Below, piece by piece: positions 24,536 to 37,200 of a stretch of DNA of 64,000 bases. Each line of letters opens with the position of its first letter. Positions within the stretch are counted from its first letter, which is position 1. Position numbers and translations under genes: made by a program. The notes beneath the pieces are model-generated. The model was not told the origin of the DNA. It saw only the letters and a list, made by a program, of their open reading frames with translations, and searched no databases. Source of the DNA: Bilabrum cf. latius (taxonomy: Eukaryota); assembly GCA_965178125.1 (NCBI GenBank), contig OZ237742.1, positions 1,178,001 through 1,242,000 on the forward strand, in the 5' to 3' direction.

Positions 24536-25033
24536 AGTTGAATAATGCTATAGATACCCACCCTTCAACAATAGCTAAAACCTGGTCCCTAATTTGACAA
24601 ATCACGACAAGTCGAAAAAGTGGTATTTTATCTAATCGCGCGCTACATGATGAGCCACTCGAGAAAACAGTATCTGGCACCACATGTCCCTTACTAGTCG
24701 CTCCACTGGAATGACCATTCACTGCTACCATGCGTAGGCTTGCAATCTCTTCATTCTGGCACACTGCATTGCATCGGCGTTCTCAAAAGTGCTATTGTGC
24801 ACTCCTAACCAGATCCCGTTCTTGGCCTGTCCTCTGTGCCTCTTCCCGATGCCCACAGATTCCCATCGGCTCGTGTCGGTTAGCAGTTGTCAAGGTCATT
24901 GGATGCAACCACGCGACCGTCGACAGACTACACAGCACCTCCGGGCCAGACATGCCCGACCCCCCCCCCCACCACCACCCCCAATGTTGCAGGCTTGGTT
25001 TGCTTGCTTACCCCGCCCCTCCGACTTGCCGCC

Positions 25034-28000
25034 TCAAGTGCCAGCCCCTGCCGCTGCCCCTCCAGTACCTGTAGCCGCGCCGCCATCGTCCTGATCTTCG
25101 TCCTGACCCCGGTTCCCACCCTTTTCCTCACCGGGACTGGGACTGCCAGCACCTCCGTCCCCCGAATCGAACATGTTCCGCCGACTCTTTCTTACCTCGG
25201 TGCCTGCCCGGAGCCTGCTGACCCTTTGATTTTCCTTCATCTACGATTCAGTCAGCCTTAGAGGCTGGGCAGGCGCGGTCATCAAGCGGTCTGGCCTGCC
25301 ATGCGCGTGTGACTCGGACCCTTGGCTTCGTGGTGAGGCTGCCTAGACCTATGCCTACACCTAGCCAAAGTCGTCGTTGGACCGGGAGTGGCCGTGCCGC
25401 GGGGATGATGCGGTGCTGGACCGCGGCCTCAGATACGGCTTCCCTGTCTCCTTGGCTTTAACGCTGTGAACTGTTGCCATGGAATCTTGCCAATTGGGGA
25501 TCGATGCCTGCATGGCCTGCTTCAGGAGCCGCTCGGGCAGCTCCTTGGAGTCCATGTCGGCCTCGGTGTGCCTGGGACTGCTGCCGCGGCTGCGCTGCAG
25601 GCCCAGGGCAAGCTCGCGGCAGGCATCTTTTGCACGCTACAGCGTCTCTTTGTCTATGTCTTTCCTGCAGCACAGCACTTTCTCTCCCACGCGATACCCA
25701 GCCTTCGCCCATCGCGGGACCTGTGCGATCAGCTCTGCCCACCTGTCCCCAACGAAATCTGGGGACACCAGCACCAGACGCAGCACGTTCCAAAACAGCT
25801 TCATGGTGCCACTGTTGTCAATGTGGGGGAGAAAACGCGCGAAGAGGGCGTACAGCACTCGGTAGTCGAGGTACAGCTACACCGCTTCAGGCTCTCCTGC
25901 CGCCCAGCCCTGCCTGCCCACCAGCCAGGAAATTCTACTCGCTGACTCGGATTTCGGAATCACGGACTCCTACAGGAACTGCGAAAGGTAGGCCAGCAGA
26001 GTATTGAACATAACTCGAAGAGCCACGATGCGAAACGATTGAGGCTGCAGCGCCATTGCGCCAGCCCTGGCTCGTATCCCGTCGTGTCTGAATGTGTCAC
26101 CAAGAATCAGGAGTACTCCATTCACACGACACACCTGCTGGTGAAGTGCAGGCTGTGCATCCATCGCATTGGCGTCGACCGGGCCAGAGACGCCCAGGTG
26201 CTCCCCCTCCTATTTGTCGAGACTTCTTCCAACTGCCGCCCTAAACCAGTCGCCTTGGAACAGCCTGCGCTTGTCAGGTTGTGCCTCCCCAGAGCCGCTG
26301 CCCACACCTTCCGCAACCACATCAGATACCAGCATGTGCACTACATTGAGAGCCATGGTGTGAATTGCACGGACTTGCCTGAGCACAGTGCGGAGTGCCT
26401 GCCGCTCAGTGTCGCGAGCACGCCATCCGGCTCTATCAGGCACAGGCGCACCCCCTTCGCCGAGATCGTGGGCGACGCCGCGGACCCTGGTTGAGCACGA
26501 TAACGAAGCTGGTGTGCTGCAGACCGCAGCACCCGCAGCACCTGCAGCAACTGATTCTTTGTCCGTAGAAGCCACTTCCGCCAGCTCGGGGCCGAGCGGC
26601 AAAAATTGCCCCCCAGATGCCTCAGTAACGCGCTGGGCAGCTCGGCTGTCGCCTTCAACCAGCATGGCCTCGAGCTTTGCGATGCACTCGTCCCGAATGT
26701 GCGTCTCGATCGTCTCGATGTCGTTCACGATGCGCGCGCAGAACCTGAGTCGTCCTTTCAGCTGAGCCCTGCTGCTGCTGTGGTACCCGGTCTGCAGCTT
26801 GTGCCATAGCCCGGCCGCAAACTCGGCCAGCAGCTCGCAGAACCTGACGAGCGCCTCCCGCTGCAGGAGCAACGACCCTGACTCGGCCACCGCGCGCATG
26901 TACGAGTCAACCTGCTCGATCATCCGCAGCGGGGCTGTCGTGTGCAACGGGGTGCCCTTCTCGGCTGCCAGGTACATGGTCTTCCTGGACCTCGCCCCGA
27001 ACACAAGCGCAAGCATGCTGGTGCTCTTGTCCTTGACGATCTGACTCAGCACCTCCAAGCACGCATCTGCAACGGTCGCCCTCGCTGTCTCCAGATCCGT
27101 CGCCGTGGCGCAGATCTGCGCATGGTCAAGCGGCACGTTGGCCGCACTCAGTGCAGCGCTGCGACGGGCGAGGTAGCTCTCGATCGAACCCACGAGGCGC
27201 ATGCTCTGCTCTGATCGACGCCCACCGGCACCGTGCCAGATGCTGCCGCGCCTGCTGAGTTTGAGTCGCCCATACCCGCGCCGGATGCGGCCCCGACTGC
27301 ATCATCCATGCCGGCAAACTCGCTGAACTTCATCGCCTCTACCTAGCCGAGGGCATCCAGCGCAATTCTGTCCACACCCACGGCTAGCGAAGCAGCGATT
27401 GCCTCGGCGGTGCCTTGCCGGACAGCCACGTTCCACGCGGCAGTCTGCTCTTCCCGAAACCAGCTGTCGCATAGAACGCTCAAACGTCGCATCTTTGCGG
27501 TCGCAGCTGCAACAATGCTATTCGACGTGCTGGTTTGTGTCTCGGCGACTGGTTCGGTCGCTGCCTCCTGCGAAGAAGCTGAGGCGGCGCTTCCTGCAAC
27601 AAGGGCAATAGTCTCCTCAAGCGCTGTCTTGGCCATCTGGAAGGCATGGTCCTCCGCGGCACGAAGTACCTCCTGTTCACCCCTGGTCTTCGCCTTGCTG
27701 GCTGCGAGAAGCATGCCGTGCATCCACCGCGGGATGCCGGATGACGCAGCTTCTGTCATGTCAGCCAGCTCGGTGGCAAGCAGATACCATGGCTCCTTCG
27801 CAACCGCACCATCGCCAGCACCGATGCTTGCTTCTCTCTCACCACTCAATGGATCTTCTGCTTCGAAGGCTGCCCTACGCTCACAGCCGTCGATTGCAGG
27901 GCCAGCACCTGCTGCTGTCGGCCTGGCGCTCGTGCTGCTGACCCCGCGGCTTCGGCTTGGGTCAGCGCCAGCCGAATGTGAGACGAGCGGTAGCATTCGA

Positions 28001-29577
28001 CTGTCTTGAGGCTTAGTGGTTCTATTGGAGCTAGACGCTGCGATTCCGGTCAGGTCGATGCTTTGGCTGGCTCGCAGTGCGGAGGCTCGCAGAGTGCTGG
28101 CACCTAGCACGCTGCCTCTTCGCGGCTCCCCTGTCGCTTCGATCAAATCGCCCTCTGCTTCGCTTTCTCCCCCTTTCAACGGTACTCGCACCGGCGATTG
28201 CGGTCCTTCTTTCTGGTTTGAGCGAGCAATGTATCTGGCAACAGCCCTTCCGAGCGCCTCGGTCTCCTGACCCGACCTGCTGGCCGCCTCCTGCACCGCG
28301 AGGACCAGCTCAGCGGCGAGATCGTGCCGTCGGGGCGCCACCCTGAGAACGACCTCTGAGCCCCAAAGTAGAGCAGAAGCAGCAGGCATCGAAGGCACGC
28401 GTTCATCTCTGGAGGATAGAACACTCACTGCCGCTCTGTGCATCATGCGAGTGAGGACTGCTCGCGCGCAATTGTCGCCAGCGGTGGGTGCATCCTGGAC
28501 TTGAATCACCACTTCTCTTTGCAGCTTCTTTGGCACACGCGCGGAGCTCGCACGAGCCTGCATCTCATAGCGTGTCTGGCAAGTTTTCAGCAGAAGCATC
28601 GGGACCATCGCGAGGATCCTGCCTTGTTCCCCACCGGCAAGTGCATACTCGCTGTCGCCTCGGTCGGCTCCTGCTGCGGTGCTTGCACCACCCATGGCCG
28701 CACTGGAATGTCCACCCCCTTCCAGTGATGCGTCCACTGCTTCTCTCAGAATCAAGATGCCATCCTAGATGCTCACGTCCACTGGGATATATTGGAAGCG
28801 AGGCGGTGGCAGCGACTAGGACCGCTTAACCCGTGTCTGCGGCCCCGGCCCTCCTTCGCGCATGGACGCGACCCGGCCTGCCCTCCCAAGGGGTGACGGT
28901 GCTGCACCTTGTTCCTATGCCGTCGCGCTCTGCACTTTCATCTTCACGCCGCTCTTCAGTCGGAGCAGCACCGGTTCACCCAGGGCATCCTTAGAGGCCT
29001 CTGACTTGTACGCTTGGTCCCTGATCGATTCTGACGAAAGCATGGCTTCCGTAACGGCTATTTCTGCCGCGTATTCTTCCGAAGAATCCGGTGGAGGCGC
29101 GCTGGGGCGGCCAGCCACCGGTGGCAGCGCATCTGCCTCGATTGGCTCGGCAAGCTCACGCTCGTCTTCCGCTGCGACGCGAAAAGAGGAAATCGCCGCA
29201 CCTAAACCCTTGCAAGCGAACAAATTGGCAATGAAAGCAACGGTGCAAGGGATGCGCCGGTGTTTTACAAAAGGGTGGGGGGAGCTCTCACTAGGGTCGT
29301 AGAATTCAGAATCACTGCTGGAGCCGCTGCCCGCCCTGGTTCGCCCGCCGGTTGGCAGGCCTGCAAGACGGTGGTCGGCGACTCTCCCGGAATCAGCAGC
29401 AGAATCATGCCCATCGGAAGCCTGCAGCAAGACAAAATACAGCATGTAGCACAAATTGCGTGAGGAGGCTGGCTTGAAGGCAGCTGGTTCGGTCCATCTA
29501 CTATTCTCAAGCTCGTCGAAGCAGCCATCCATGATGGCCAGTCCCGTGGTTTGCGTTTCTTCCGGATCCGCAATCAT
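25034..29577 (-). pseudogene. Diverged tandem paralog of the PH/Sec6-like gene with a frameshift at ~27204-27213 (pseudogene, null allele or assembly error); 5' end uncertain
   Basis: Collinear matches to the neighbour: KKLQREVVIQV/KKLKREVVVRV, LWGSEVVLRV/LWGTELVFRV, FCARIVND/LCARVIND, DAQPALHQQV/AAQPALYRSV, KLFWNVLRL..GDRWAELIAQVP/KLFRNVLRL..GDRWEELVLQAP. About 13 TAGs; TGA at 25034; one frame change. Confidence 0.65.
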
Positions 29578-30050
29578 GCACGAATGTGTCTGCTGTTTGA
29601 TTCATTGGCCTTACACCGTTCATTTTTATGGTGTATTGTCTGTGGCACTGCGCATGAAAGCAGGTGCAAGATCCAAGCCCATAGCCGAGTTTTTTTTCCA
29701 CCACAAGCCCGATGATGTCGTCCACAGAATGAGCATCACCATATATACAAACTTGCATGGCCAACAGAGGAACGACAACCCTTGCGCGTAGGGCTGCAGA
29801 GGTAACTCACATTGCACTGGCGAAACTGACTTGAATGAAAACTCAGCTACCTTGGCAGCCCAAGCAGACTCGTTCTCGCAATCCAGCTTTCTTGTTAGAG
29901 AAAGGTTCGTCCAAACTCTGCAAGTATTTACAAATATTGATGAGTGCTTGGCGTGCCTTTCGGCCATATTTCAGGCATTCCGAGTACTGCTATCGGCGAG
30001 GGGGAAATCAAACCACGACACATCGGGCGTGCGCCGTGAGAGGAGGGCCC

Positions 30051-32390
30051 ATGTAGACTTCACCTGGGTTCTTACCCATATCTGGAGATATTGCACAGGG
30101 CACCGTATCTGTCGAGTTCCGAGAGTCTTGCCATGATTCATCGCGAGTTCGAGACGATGCAGTAGTTGGCACGCACCACCTGGAGATCCCCGAAACGCCA
30201 CCACCTTTCCATGTGTCTATTCAAATATAGCACACTTTGCAGTTCGATTGGGCCGGAGACTCGGGTTTGCCGAGAGAATCGGCAGATATGGTATTAGAAT
30301 TTGGAAAGGATGCGGTCCCGGCACCGTCGCCACGGCGCAAGCGGTCAGAGCTGCTGGTGTGCCATGGTTTAGAATTAAGTGGCAGTGTACTGCGCCTTGG
30401 ACCGGGTTGCGAAGAATCTGGCTTGCGAGACGGGGACACGGTGATCGGCCTCGCGGTTCCGTCTGCTCCGCTCACCCGAGCGTGCGCTGCGGGATTAGGG
30501 GCTCCAGGGCAAGGCTCAGGCCCCTCGTCGGGATCATCGACACCGTAGAAGGCAAGAAGCTAGTCAGGTAGCAGCGACCATGCCGGGGTGTCGTCAACCC
30601 GCACTGAGTCGAAGGCGGGAGGCGACGAGCCCGGCAGCGCTGGCTGGGCGAGCATGGGAGCTGGAGCACCTGCTCCGAGCCGTCCTCCGAGCGTGCTGAG
30701 GTGCGTGGTCGCAGGCGCCCGCACCCCCGTCGCGACAGTTCCGGTTTGGGCCCTCTGGAAGCACCCCTCCTCTTCCTGGTCCTCCTCCTCCTCCTCATCC
30801 GGGTCCGGGTCCCCGCCGGCCAGGTCCTCGAATGGGGCTGGTGACGGGGGTGCCGCAGCCTCCCACGAGGCTTCGGGCTAGGAGCATCGCCACTGTGATA
30901 CCACCGATGGTGTGCTCCCGCAGTGCCTACCGCCCCCGTTCGGCGGCGGCGCGTCAGCCTTGTTCCCTGGGCTGGAGGTAGCCCCTGCCCCCGGTGAATC
31001 GTCGTTGCGCAGGGGTGCCGGCGCTGCGGTGAAATCTGAGGGGCACTCCATCATCGGGTCTCCGATGCTGCGCCTCGCGGGCAGAGAAGCCGACGGGAGT
31101 TGCCGGTAGCAGTCGCTCCGGACCGAGCCTGAGCGAACGTTCCTCTTGCTGCGGAGTATCCGGCCGCTGCTGCGTGCCCAGGAAGCCGTGCAACGGTGCA
31201 TCGGATGCGTAGGACGGTTGCAGACGGCCGTTGTGCTGGGCGCCGACTTGCCGGGCGGCTTCGAAGCCGTGCAGCTGCTGGCTGGGCGCGGGGCCCACGT
31301 GCTTGCGGTTGCAACCGGCGTTGCGGGCCGGAAGGCGCTGGTGGCTGCGTGGGAGAGCAGCGGGTCGGGCACAGGTGTGACGATTGCTTCCACGGGGAGA
31401 CCCGCCCTTGACCGCATGGATGATGCCGGTGCCGGTGCCGGTGCCGGTGCGAGCGATGGTCATGCTGGAGTGCCAGGGCCAGGGCCAGTGTCAGGGCCAG
31501 GGCCAAGGCCAGGGCCAGGCTCTGGGACAGTAGGCCAGGGCCAGGGCATCGAGAAGCAGGAGAAGCAAAGAGAAGAAGGAGATGGAGAAGGAGAACAAGT
31601 AGGAGACCATGCAGCAAGGAGGGGGGCACCACTGCTCGAAGCAGCGGCTGCTGCCGGCAAGGCGCTGGAGCCCAGCGCGCTGGCACCGCCGGACGCAGCC
31701 GTGTCCGCACTTGCCGCTGCACTGCGCTCTGTGGGCGAGCGGCCTGGCAGGGTCGTGGTGGGGCGGTCGGTGCTGCATCCAGGTGTGACGAGTGAGGATG
31801 CCACGGTGGGTGGGATTGGGGGCGCATCCGAGCGCAAGGCATCCGATGGGGGCGATTCGTGTGACGAGTGCGACCCTCTGGCAGCCCTCGTGGAGGCGCT
31901 GGAATGGACGGGTGGGGTAGGTGTCGATGCCGTGCTGGCGGTGTCCATGCAGCCAGAGAAAGAGGGAAGTGAGGAGGGGGGGGAGGGGGGTCGACCGAGC
32001 GGACGGTCTGTGCGACCGCTCGTGGTGGTACCCCCGCTCGGCGAGATGCTCGGGTGCGTGTGCCCCGGCGGGTGCATCGCGTTGGCACCGCCGATGGGGA
32101 GGGCTCGATTGGATGAACGCAGCGGCTGTGCTTCGACACTCGCGGAACAAGGTTAGGGCCGGAGCCGTGGCCGGGAAGAGGACGAGGACGAGGACTACCT
32201 GGACCCCGAGGACCTGCGCCTGGCCATGCGGAAGGGGGTCACCCTGGCGTTCGTCGACGAACGTTCGCTGATCCTGTCGGGGTGCCGCGTGGGTCGGCTG
32301 GCGGGCATGGTGGAGCAGGGGCTGCGGCTGGTCGCGTCAGGCCGTGTGGCGCTGGCTCCTGCTTGGGGCTTGCGGGTGGGGCGCGAGTGA
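30051..32390 (+). CDS. CRYZL1 (quinone oxidoreductase-like 1)-like MDR-fold protein with low-complexity insertions; start uncertain
   Basis: ORFs 30237, 30588, 30912 and 31146 are in one frame joined by TAG, ending at TGA 32388-32390. ELSGSVLRLG..DGDTVIGL, ALEWTGGVGVDAVL and LDPEDLRLAMRKGVTLAFVDE resemble CRYZL1 ([51 protein letters not shown]). Confidence 0.7.
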
Positions 32391-32491
32391 ATGAATGAAT
32401 GAATGAATGAATGAATGGATGAGTAAATGAATGAATGGATGAGTAAATGAATGAATGAATGAATGAGTAAATGAATGAATGAATGAATGAA
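32388..32491 (+). repeat. (TGAA)n microsatellite with TGGA/TGAG/TAAA variants
   Basis: About 26 tetramer units starting at the CRYZL1-like stop codon. Confidence 0.95.
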
Positions 32492-32695
32492 AAGCAGAAT
32501 TGGCACGGTCCGCATCGAAGTCGAAACAGTACCGTTCAATTCAATCACGTATAATGGCGCCAGGCTATGGGCCAGCGTACCTGATGCTGAGTCACCGGCC
32601 ACATGCAGTCGTACGGTGATATCATGACTATTGATACCCTCCCCCTCCTCCCTTCGCTTGCCCACGGGGTCTGTAGCACCACCAGCAGCACGCCC

Positions 32696-33631
32696 TTATG
32701 ACCCCTTCGCAGCTATCCCCGTCCCAGACGTATCCTTGTTCTTCGGCTTGTAGTGCCTCGCGAAGTCGCACTCCATCGTGGTGGGGAACACGGTGTCCTG
32801 GGAGGGAAACCCGCCCCAGGGCCCTCCCACGGCGTAATTCAAAATGTGGTACCAGGCGTGCACACTGTCCACCTGCTTGGAGATTCCGGAGTGGTATCCC
32901 ACGGTGGTTTCATTAATGTAGAATGTGAGCGAGTCCTGATGCAGGTCGTAGTTCACTCCGAATGTGGCGAAGGACTCGTTGTAGAGCCGGGAGGGGGTGC
33001 CGACAGGCAGCGGCTTCGTCCAATTCCCCACGGACCCGTCGGAGCCGCACGTCTTGCCGTCCTTGCTGAAGTGGAAATCCCAGTGAGACTCCTGCTCGCC
33101 GATGATACCGGATGGGTATTCCTTGTCTGGGCCGCCGAGAGATTCCATCACGTCGATCTCCCCGGAAACCGGCCAGCAGCTGCCATTCTATGGCATGAGC
33201 CAGTACGCTGGCCAATAGCCCAGGCTGTTTCCGCCCGCTCCCACGTAATACTTGCAGGAGGCCTCGAATCGCCCGCCCCAAAAGTACTGCTTGTCGCTCG
33301 AATCGACCCAGCCGCTAGTGTATTTTTTGCCGCCAGTCTTGCTTGGATCTGTACTCCACTTTGCGGTCAGTATCAGGTGACCATCATGCACAGCAACATT
33401 CTCAGGAAGATACCACTCGCCTTCCGCTTTAATGTGCAGGCCGGTTTTGGCCGTCCAGGTGCTCGTGTTCAGACCTGGGCCATCGAATTCATCGATCATG
33501 TCAAGCTCCCAATGGGATGGATCAAACGGCGGTCCCATCGGTGCAGCCCTGCACTGAACACAGACAGTAGCAAAAAATACGGCGATTGCGGTGATCATTT
33601 GCCTGGCAGTTCTCCTATTGTGGCTTTCCAT
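32696..33631 (-). CDS. Secreted glycoside hydrolase family 16 (laminarinase/beta-1,3-glucanase-like), ~300-311 aa
   Basis: Signal peptide, DEFDG..LN..W, ENVAVHDGHLILTA, YTSG, GRFEA, YWPAYWLMP*NGSCWPVSGEIDVME (catalytic ExDxxE), ILNYAVGGPW. TAG at 33188-33190; TAA stop at 32696. Confidence 0.92.
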
Positions 33632-34274
33632 TGCATTTCAATACAGCCTCCAATGACTCGGAACCGCATCGGGGAAATTAAGCAATTGGATGTCGCAGCC
33701 AGTCAAACAAGACATAGGATCGCGTTCACCAGCAAGCTACAAAACGTATCGAATGGAATAGATATCTAGCGTGCACCCAAGGTCGCTCGGACCAGCTCAT
33801 ATCTGCAGCGCAGTCGCATCCTGCGACCACGTCAAATTCTGCACGCTACAAAACGGCATTCCAATGTTCAGCTGGCCGACATGCATGATCTCTTTGCTTT
33901 AGAAAAGGTCGAGTCCGCGTACTGTGGACAAAGCATGTAAAGAATTCAATAGTCTGCCCGGCAGGGCTGAGTAGAGGTTTGATATGGCGCCCTCCCGATC
34001 CAGCGACTTTTGCTCGTCGTGATGGGAGAGTTTGCATTGCGTGACCTTGAGCCAAGCGAGACCGCTCACCAACAAAAATCTTGCCAGGGTGCTCATACGC
34101 CTTAAACACTTGCAGGAAGCGCTAAAACGTGTTAATATTCTTTTTCTGCACAGAAATTTGCATAGATCTTGGAACGAGGCAGTGTCTGTGCGATCAAAGT
34201 TGGCATAAAACAATTAGTTTCTTTTGGAAGTCTCCGATAGTTCGATTGTGATTGGTGGCGAGGTTTGAGACGGC

Positions 34275-37200
34275 ATGTCCCGAAATGTTGTCATCGAAAA
34301 ATAGGGAATATATACTGTAGAGCATGAGCTGTTGGGAGGACCAATCGGACGGAGAAAAGAGGACGGGAGCTCTGGATTCGCTGGACCAAGCAACGCTTCA
34401 GCATTTTTCCGTGGGTTCGCGATGCGCAAACGCTTAACTGCAAAGTCTAAATCAACAGACTCTAATTTAGTCCATAGTACTCAGGTATGCGTCGGTGACA
34501 CCATTTTGGTGCGTGCCGAAGGTGACGGGCTGCCATATGTCGCCCAAGTCTTGGCTGTCTATCTGCCTCGGGTCAGCCCGCTCTCAAGTGGGGAAAGCGA
34601 CGGTGAAGACACGCCACAGATGACACTACGGTGGTACTTTCGCATGCAAGACCTTTAGGAGAGATTTGGTGGGGCTATTCCGCAACGAATGTGCCCGAAA
34701 GGGGTGGAGATTCGCTCGGTGAGAACAATTCGGACTTAAGGATCCAAGTATCGGCTCAATAACGCCGGATTTTCGCTCACTATGCTATTGTCTTATATTT
34801 TCGTTGCTTGTATGGTAGCTGGTATCGGCAACTCGTACCGTTGGTATTGTCTTCCGTTTGGGGACGAGTGCTCCCCGGACGAATTCACTACGAACGCCGC
34901 ACCCCATCGCTTGCCTACCAGGCTTGTGGTGGCACCGTGATAAATCAAGTTCTCCTATTTCAGTGAACCACTTGCACGGTCCTACGATTTACCCCGCCTG
35001 TCAAGCACTGGCGCTTTGGCCGAGCAGCACGAGCGTACACGTGGTTCGGTTTCGAGGCACTCATTGAATATGTCTCATCCAAATTGCGGCGGTCGCTCCT
35101 TGTTTGATTTGTCTAGCGCAGAGATACGAGCTGTTCTGGGGGAAGGATGAGGACGACAACCCGATCGAGAGCTTCGCGGGTCACTGCCGGATATACACCA
35201 TGTCAGCAGAAGATCCGGTCCCATAGGCGCCACCGCGGCAGCTCAGGTCTGACCAGGCATCCCCAGCTCTGTTGCCATCGTCGTCACCATCGGCCGTAGG
35301 AGCACTCGACGAGGTCTTTTTCTGCCGGTACGAGTTCCATCCGAAGGCGCGCAAAACGTTCTTCACACCCCTTCCGGTAGAAGCATACGAAAGCAACCCG
35401 CCACTGCCAGAGCTCGCCGAAGGCAGACTGCCCGCTAGCGCTGGCGATGCCGCCGTGCTAGATTTCGGAGACAGGTGGAGGCGGGCGGGGAGCGGTGGTG
35501 GTGCTGTGCGCCGGGCGGTTGAGTGGTTGGTGCAAGCTAGGGTGCGCGTCACCGGCAAAGGCCGGTCGCGATCTTCGGGTGCGGCGGATGGCGACTCATC
35601 GGAGGCAGAGGGTGCCTCCATCATGTCCATGGCTGTGTCTGACGACGACAAGCCGGCAAGCACCAGGGCAGGGGCGGGGTTTGGGACCCCAGCCAAGCGC
35701 GGCAAGGGCAGGCCGGTCGGCAGGGGCCGAGGCAGGGGCCGTGGTAGGGGCAGGGGGAGAGGCCGAGGCCGAGGCCGAGGCCGTGGGCGTGGGCGTGGTA
35801 TAAGCCGCGGCAGTGGGCCAGACAGCGGGGAGGATGACGATGAGGACGAAGACGAGGAAGAGGAAGAGGAGGCAAGCGATGGAAAGGCTGGAGGCAGGGA
35901 CTCGGACGGTGAGGGGAATGAAGGGACTTCACGCGGGAAAAGCAAAGGCTCGTCCGGTGCGGCGGCAATGAGCGACGACGATGACGATGATGACGACGAT
36001 GAGAAGACCGCGCTCAGGCGTGCCGGCAGCGGGAGTGCATCGGCCGTTGGCACGCACGATTTGCCGGCGGCGATTGCGCGAGGGCGGGGCCGCCCTAGGG
36101 GCACCAAGGCGCAGCTGCAGGCGTGGGCCGCAGAGCGCGAGGCCAAGCGCCTTGCAGAGGTGGCCAGCACCATCGGCCGGATCCGCACCATGGCCAAAGC
36201 GGCCTTCCAGGAGACAGTGAGCGCGGACCGTGAGGGTGTCCACGGGTCCCCAAGCGAGGGCCGGGGAGGCAGCGCCCTGAGCAAGGAGCTGATCAAGCAG
36301 CCGCTGCGCTACGACATCATCTCCCGCAAGCAGCACAGGGTTGACTTGCAGATGGTGGGCCGGGCCGACGCCATGGGACACCGCAAGCAGAGCCGCCTGG
36401 GCGACCAGTTCCAGGTGGTGGCCAGACTTGGGCAGCCTGACGAGCTGGCCGCCGCGCTCGCCGGCATCTTGGATGACGTCAGTTTCGGCGCGAATTCGAC
36501 CGGTACTTCGCACCAGCTCATCAAGGCTGCCGACGCCTCGCTGGCGAATGACGTGACCATAGGTCGCGCGGTTGTGAAGCTGTGCGGGAAACTCTTCGGC
36601 TCTACCGCCCTAGCCGCGGTTCTTTCGGACTCTGCGGCGGGTGTCGTAGAAGCCGAAACCGATGGTGCAGGCGCAAAAAACCGCGGCGGGACGCAAAGCA
36701 AGGTGAGTGAGTCGTCGACGAGCGTATCGGAGTCGCTGGACGAAGAGCCCAAGCCTGCGCTGGCGCAATCGCTTGCCCCCGTGATCCAGCCATGGATCCA
36801 CGAGGCCTTGCGGAGTGGAAAACCGCCACACGGGCGAGCCACCGGTGGTGCAGAGGCGTCGGGATCAATATCAGCCGGCTCCGTGCTGCCTGCGATCGAC
36901 GCTCGCAGGTTGCTGCGCGTGAGTCTGCAGGGGACGGTCCCGCTCAGTGCCGAGCTGGTGGATTCCGTGCAGCTGCACGGCGCGCTGGAGACCGTGCAGC
37001 GGTTCTGGTGCCCCCCACGCTTTGACACAGGCGAGTGCTGGGACTGGGAGTGTGAACAGCAGCAGCAGCTGGAACAGGGTACGAGTTTGACGGGGGAAGC
37101 ACCAGCTGCAGCAGGATCAGCTGGCGGGGGTGGAGCGCCGAGAGCCGCCACTCCAAGCCTCACTGGCTCCAGGCTCAAGCAGCAGGACTTGGGTAGCTCA

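Noticed and set aside
33188-33190. TAGs as acceptors of tiny introns
   Set aside because: Flanking codons encode conserved residues with no length surplus and no consistent GT donor.
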